Below, in pieces: positions 59,648 through 64,000 of a stretch of 64,000 nucleotides of DNA. The DNA lies in the NCBI GenBank assembly GCA_965242525.1, contig OZ251459.1:3168001-3232000 (forward strand). Reading direction: 5' to 3'. The notes under the pieces are model-generated. The model worked only from the letters and a program-made list of their open reading frames with translations. It was not told where the DNA came from and searched no databases. Position numbers and translations under genes: made by a program. Source of the stretch: an uncultured Candidatus Binatia bacterium (GTDB lineage Bacteria > Desulfobacterota > Binatia > UBA9968 > JAJDTQ01). Within the stretch, counting starts at the first letter, position 1. Every line of letters begins with the position of its first letter.

Positions 59648-60339
59648 CCCCGAACGGGGTCCGCGGACTTCCCGTCATCGAGTTTCGGGGAGCGTCTCTG
59701 GGGTACGACGGCGAGACCGTCCTCCGGGGAGTCGATCTCGATGTCCATGCGGGTGAGTTCGTGGGGCTCTCGGGAGCCAACGGGTCCGGCAAGACCACCC
59801 TCCTCCGGTCCATGCTGGGCTTCCTGCCGCTCCTTGGCGGACGGTCGGGAAGGGCGCTCCCTCCTTCCCGTATCGGTTACGTTCCCCAGGGCGCGACCCT
59901 CGACCCCTGCTTCCCGTTGAGCGTGGATGAGGTGGTGGCCATGGGCGCTTACGGTCGGCTCCACCCCTTGCGGCGGTTCCCCCGCGGGGAACGCAAGCGC
60001 GTCGAGGCGGCGCTGGAACGGGTGGGGCTGGCCCACCTGGGGCGAGCGGCGTTCTTCGAACTCTCGGGTGGACAACGGCAAAGGGTGCTGGTGGCCCGGG
60101 CCCTGAACCAGGACCCCGCGTTGCTGCTCCTCGACGAGCCGTTCTCGGGGCTGGATCGGGATTCCCGGGAAGCCGTCCTGCAAGGACTCGCCCTCATCAA
60201 CCGGCAGGCCCGGGTGACCGTGGTGCTGTCGAGCCACGACCGCGAGATCCTGGACCGGGGGTGCGGACGGGTGGTGCGCCTCGCCGACGGCCGCGTCCAT
60301 GACGACGCGGACGAAGATCCCGCTCCCGGCAGCCGGTAG
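59644..60339 (+). CDS. Metal ABC transporter ATP-binding protein (ZnuC-like)
   Basis: GANGSGKT, GYVPQ, LSGGQRQR, LLDEP; ATGA overlap. Confidence 0.92.
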   Translation: MTPNGVRGLPVIEFRGASLGYDGETVLRGVDLDVHAGEFVGLSGANGSGKTTLLRSMLGFLPLLGGRSGRALPPSRIGYVPQGATLDPCFPLSVDEVVAMGAYGRLHPLRRFPRGERKRVEAALERVGLAHLGRAAFFELSGGQRQRVLVARALNQDPALLLLDEPFSGLDRDSREAVLQGLALINRQARVTVVLSSHDREILDRGCGRVVRLADGRVHDDADEDPAPGSR

Positions 60340-60348
60340 GAAGACGGC

Positions 60349-61308
60349 ATGGACACGCTTCTGGAGGTCCTGAGCCCGTCCTTCCTCCTCTTTCCCGCGG
60401 TCCTGGGAAGCGTGGTGCTGGGACTCGTCTGTCCCGTGGTGGGCGGGTTTCTGGTCCTGAGACGCAGCGTGCTGCTGGGTCTGGCGCTGCCGCAACTGGC
60501 CGCCGCGGGCGTCGCCGCCGCGTCGTGGGCCCATCACCTCGGGCTGGTTCCCGACTCGGGGCACACGGACCCTTTCGTTCACGAGTCCCATCGCCTGCTC
60601 GCCTACGGCGGCTCGTTGGCCTTCACCTTCGCAGGGATGCTCCTGCTGGGTTGCATCGACCGTAACGGCGCCGGGCGCACGGAGACGCGCCTGGCCGTGA
60701 CGTACGCCCTGGCGGGGTCGCTCACGGTCCTCCTGGTGGCGGCGCATCCCTTCGGCGACGCAGCCATCCTCGGTTTCGTCAAGGGGGAGGTCGTGGCGCT
60801 GTCCCTGGCCGAGCTCGCCGCCCTTGCCGCCGCCTGTGCCCTGGCGCTGTCGTGCGTGCTCGTCTTTCGTCGGGAGTTGCTGCTGTCCTCCTTCGACCGC
60901 GACCTGACCCTTCTCCTCAAGGGAGGCGTCGTCGCCTGGGACGTGCTGCTCTACCTGGCGGCGGGCGTGGTCATTGCGTCGGGGGTGATCGTCGCCGGGC
61001 CTCTGCTGGTCTTCGGCCTCCTGATCCTGCCGCCGGTGGCGGTACGCCCCCTGGTTTCCCGCATGGCGACCTATTTCATCGGGTCCGCGTTGCTGGGGGT
61101 CTTCATCGGCTTGGCGGGGTTCGTGGTGTCCTACCGGCTCGACTTGCCCTTGGCGCCCACGGACGTGGCGTTGGGGTGCGCCCTGATTCCGGTCACCTAC
61201 GCGCTCGCACGGCTCGGGCGGAAGGCCCGGTCCGCGGGTTTGCCAGGCGTGCTGCCGGCGCGAGGCAACGGGAACGAGCCGTCCGGCAAGCCGCCTCCGC
61301 GCCCCTGA
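60349..61308 (+). CDS. Metal ABC transporter permease (ZnuB-like)
   Basis: GGFLVLRR, SSFDR, LLVFGLLILPP, LDLP. Confidence 0.9.
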   Translation: MDTLLEVLSPSFLLFPAVLGSVVLGLVCPVVGGFLVLRRSVLLGLALPQLAAAGVAAASWAHHLGLVPDSGHTDPFVHESHRLLAYGGSLAFTFAGMLLLGCIDRNGAGRTETRLAVTYALAGSLTVLLVAAHPFGDAAILGFVKGEVVALSLAELAALAAACALALSCVLVFRRELLLSSFDRDLTLLLKGGVVAWDVLLYLAAGVVIASGVIVAGPLLVFGLLILPPVAVRPLVSRMATYFIGSALLGVFIGLAGFVVSYRLDLPLAPTDVALGCALIPVTYALARLGRKARSAGLPGVLPARGNGNEPSGKPPPRP

Positions 61309-61439
61309 CCCGCCTGCCGACGGAAACCGGGTCCACCGCGGACGTCGACGCGGACGCGCTGAGCCTCGACGGGCCCCGCCTGCCGGCGGAAACACTGGGT
61401 CCACCGCGGAAGCATGGTCCGGAGTCACGGTCCCGCTTT

Positions 61440-61506
61440 GGATTCCCTCGCCCCGGCCCCTGCCTCCGTTCGTCCTGAGCGTAGCGAAGCGAAGTCGAAG
61501 GACGCG
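61440..61506 (+). repeat. Repeat family A, copy 10
   Basis: GGATTCCCTCGCCCC...CCGTTCGTCCTGAGCGTAGCGAAGCGAAGTCGAAGGACGCG. Confidence 0.85.
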
Positions 61507-61528
61507 ATCCTGGCCTGCGCCGGCCTCC

Positions 61529-62905
61529 TCAGCGTGGACGGCGCGGTCCGGCCTCCCGGAGCGCCTGTTCGGCGTGGCGGGCCAGCAGCCGGTCGTTGGC
61601 GTGGTCGAGGGCGAAGACGCGGAACTTGACGATCTTGGAGGGGATGGAGCCGAAGAGCTCGGCCAGGGATTCCTTGGTGACGGCGTCGGTGGAGGGGTCG
61701 TAGGTGTGGATCTGCTTCTTGCCCATGGCCAGGGGGTCCTGGGGTCGGGAGTCCTGGGTGGCCATGTCCACCCGGAACGTCAGGTCCCGTTTGCCCGCAG
61801 GCAACCCGCCGCGGATGCGTCCTTCCCAGTCGTCCGCGGCGATGGCGTCCAGCCCGTCGCGCATCTCCGCGGGCTGCAAGGTCTTCTCGTACGCCAGCCG
61901 CCACTTGAGGTCGCGGTCCAGCACGCGGCCCCACTCGCGCCCCAGGGGAAGGCCCTGCCTGCGCCAGCGGGACACCTCCTGCAGCAGCGACCAGTCCGTC
62001 AGGTAGAGGTACTCGTCCAGGTGGTCCAGCGGGTTGCCGGGGGCGATCCTCTCCATGGTCTCGGGAAAGAGGTCCTGCAGGTGCAGGTCGATGGCCCGGG
62101 TGGTGCGGTGGAAATAGACGTTCTCGTAGAGGTACTTGCGGGCGTTCAGGAAGACCGTGAGGGCGCCGTCGCCCGAGCGGTGGAGCGTCAGCCCCTTGGG
62201 CGAGAAGAACGTGTAGTACATGAGCCGTTCCCGGTCGATGGGTCCCACCGCCACCCCGCACATGTACGAATCCCGTGACACGTAGTCCAGGTTGTCGAAG
62301 GTGAAGACGCCGTTGGTCAGGGGCTGGAGGAACCGGAGCCAGCGGGGCCGCGAGTGGTCGTCCGCGCCGTCCTTCTTGACGGGGAAGGCCACCTCGTCGG
62401 GGTCCAGCTCTTCTCCCGCGGCGAACGCTCCGTTGGGACTGCGCCGGAGCCGGCGGATGATCTCCCCCAACCGGTCACGGATGATGACCTGGGAGACGTC
62501 CTCGTGGATGAGGCCGTACCGGCTGAGGAAGTTGTGGTCGAAGAAGTGGCAGAAGGGGCCGTGGCCGATGTCGTGCAGCAGCCCGGTGACCCGCATGTAC
62601 TCCTCCACGTAGGCCGGGGAGGGGCAGTCGTCGCCCAGCGCCCGGCGGAGCGAGGGATACAGGCGCCGTGCCAGGGCGCCGGCCAGGTGCATGGCCCCCA
62701 GGCAGTGCTGGAAGCGGCTATGCTCGGCCGAAGGATAGACCCAGCGGGCGCTCTGGAGCTGGTAGATGTAGCGGAGGCGCTGGAACCAGGGGGAGTCGAT
62801 CAGGTCCTTTTCCGTGGCCTCGCCCGGTTGCCTGGGGACCGTGAACGGGACGTAGCGGTGGATGGGGTCGGCGATGAGGGAACAGCCCTCGTACTCGGCG
62901 TGCAT
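61529..62905 (-). CDS. HD-domain phosphohydrolase (SAMHD1/dNTPase-like)
   Basis: DPIH, QRLRYIYQL, EHSRFQH, LLHDIGHGPFCH, DNLDYVSRD. Confidence 0.9.
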   Translation of the reverse strand: MHAEYEGCSLIADPIHRYVPFTVPRQPGEATEKDLIDSPWFQRLRYIYQLQSARWVYPSAEHSRFQHCLGAMHLAGALARRLYPSLRRALGDDCPSPAYVEEYMRVTGLLHDIGHGPFCHFFDHNFLSRYGLIHEDVSQVIIRDRLGEIIRRLRRSPNGAFAAGEELDPDEVAFPVKKDGADDHSRPRWLRFLQPLTNGVFTFDNLDYVSRDSYMCGVAVGPIDRERLMYYTFFSPKGLTLHRSGDGALTVFLNARKYLYENVYFHRTTRAIDLHLQDLFPETMERIAPGNPLDHLDEYLYLTDWSLLQEVSRWRRQGLPLGREWGRVLDRDLKWRLAYEKTLQPAEMRDGLDAIAADDWEGRIRGGLPAGKRDLTFRVDMATQDSRPQDPLAMGKKQIHTYDPSTDAVTKESLAELFGSIPSKIVKFRVFALDHANDRLLARHAEQALREAGPRRPR

Positions 62906-62923
62906 GGGAGGCCCCGCGGACGG

Positions 62924-63352
62924 TCAGAGCTCGAACCCCACCTGGGCGGTCCACTGGGCCCCCATCTTGCCCAGGTGGCTCAGGCGTTCGGCCACCGCCC
63001 CGATGGTCTCGCGCACTTCGTGGCGGTCCGGGTCGTATTTCTCTCCCCGGGCTTCCGCGCGCACGAAATACTCGCCGGCCTCGCGTATGTCGAACTCCTT
63101 CAGCACGTAGTCGTTGGCCTGGTAGGCGTAGAGCAGCTCCCGCATCCAGTTGACCATCAATTCGTCGTGGTCCACCCCTTCCACCTCCAGGGCGATGCTT
63201 TCCCGGGTCTCGACCGCGGCCAAGTCGATCATCACGTCGAACAGCGCCAACCCCGCATCCGCGAGGACTTGCGGCATCGAGTCGCCGGCCAGCCGGACGC
63301 TCAGTTCGTTGGAGCGTCTCAAGAGCTTGTATTTCTTGTCCTCGTCGGCCAT
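62924..63352 (-). CDS. Archease-family protein with degenerate conserved motifs
   Basis: ALFDVM, ELMVNWMRELLY, RGEKYDPDRH, WTAQVGFEL; no HTAD or KAVTYH. Confidence 0.8.
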   Translation of the reverse strand: MADEDKKYKLLRRSNELSVRLAGDSMPQVLADAGLALFDVMIDLAAVETRESIALEVEGVDHDELMVNWMRELLYAYQANDYVLKEFDIREAGEYFVRAEARGEKYDPDRHEVRETIGAVAERLSHLGKMGAQWTAQVGFEL

Positions 63353-63414
63353 TTTCGGTGATTCCTCGATGGCGTCCCCGCCGCCGGGATTGCCCCATGC
63401 CGGGGATTCCCGGG

Positions 63415-64000
63415 TCAATCCCTGTTGATCAGCGACGCGGCGAAGCCGGCGCCGAACCCGTTGTCGATGTTCACCACCGTGACCCCCGCGGCGCAGGAGT
63501 TGAGCATGGCGAGGAGCGCGGACAGGCCGTGGAAGCTGGCCCCGTAGCCCACGCTGGTGGGCACCGCGATGACGGGCCGCCGCACCAGCCCCGCGACCAC
63601 GCTGGGCAACGCCCCTTCCATTCCCGCCACCACGACGAGGACCGCGGCTTCGGTGAGTTGCCGGTGGTGGCCCAACAGCCGGTGCAGGCCCGCGACGCCC
63701 ACGTCGTAGATCCGTTCCACCCGGTTGCCCATGACCTCGCCGGTCACCGCGGCTTCCTCCGCCGCGGGTATGTCGGAGGTGCCGGCGCACACCACCGCGA
63801 TGGCGCCCTTGCCTCTGGGCGGGGCGTCCTTGGGCCGCCACGTGGCGGCCCGGGCCTGCCGGTGGTAGCGGAACCCGCGGAGCCGGGGTTTCAGGGCGTC
63901 CATCTTCCCTTCGGACAGCCGGGTGATGAGCACGCTCACGCCGCGCTTGCGGATGGCGCGGGCGATGGCGGCGATGTCCGGGACCTCCTTGCCCTCGCCC
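63415..64000 (-). CDS. larB: LarB nickel-pincer cofactor biosynthesis protein (5' end outside the window)
   Basis: AGTSDIP, DVGVAGLHRL, AGMEGAL, PTSVGYG, NSCAAG, NIDNGFGA. Confidence 0.93.
   Translation of the reverse strand, partial: GEGKEVPDIAAIARAIRKRGVSVLITRLSEGKMDALKPRLRGFRYHRQARAATWRPKDAPPRGKGAIAVVCAGTSDIPAAEEAAVTGEVMGNRVERIYDVGVAGLHRLLGHHRQLTEAAVLVVVAGMEGALPSVVAGLVRRPVIAVPTSVGYGASFHGLSALLAMLNSCAAGVTVVNIDNGFGAGFAASLINRD

Noticed and set aside
10137-61506. Repeat family A as a CRISPR array or integron attC sites
   Set aside because: Copies are kilobases apart in both orientations, with no regular spacers, no cas or intI gene and no RYYYAAC/GTTRRRY ends.

Overview
This window is GC-rich bacterial chromosome. 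Most of it is metabolic and transport genes: three amidohydrolases, an amidase, two TAXI-TRAP pairs, an MFS, xanthine-dehydrogenase-family molybdoenzymes, an LLM oxidoreductase, a P450, a flavin amine oxidase, a Fur-linked metal ABC uptake operon, lhr, SRAP and larB. That repertoire suggests a Binatia/Deltaproteobacteria-like organism, but this is inference only. Scattered singly between these genes are AT-richer defence-type cassettes, with no integrase or transposase anywhere in the window. (i) A translationally coupled DNA methyltransferase / GHKL-ATPase-histidine kinase fusion / receiver-domain operon with no recognisable restriction nuclease (2052-6729). (ii) A coupled three-gene TIGR04255-family cassette whose last gene has an ADP-ribosyltransferase-like motif pattern (29056-30976). 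(iii) A solo mrr, a higB/higA-ImmA pair and a nucleotidyltransferase pair with an in-frame TGA. (iv) Decayed relics: a frameshifted MTase with a truncated convergent gene, an orphan RHH antitoxin, an AbiE remnant and an AAA remnant. A dispersed palindromic repeat/MITE-like family is present in about 10 copies. An archease homologue appears to have lost its conserved motifs. No rRNA, tRNA or CRISPR array was seen. All family calls come from motif recognition by eye, not from database searches.
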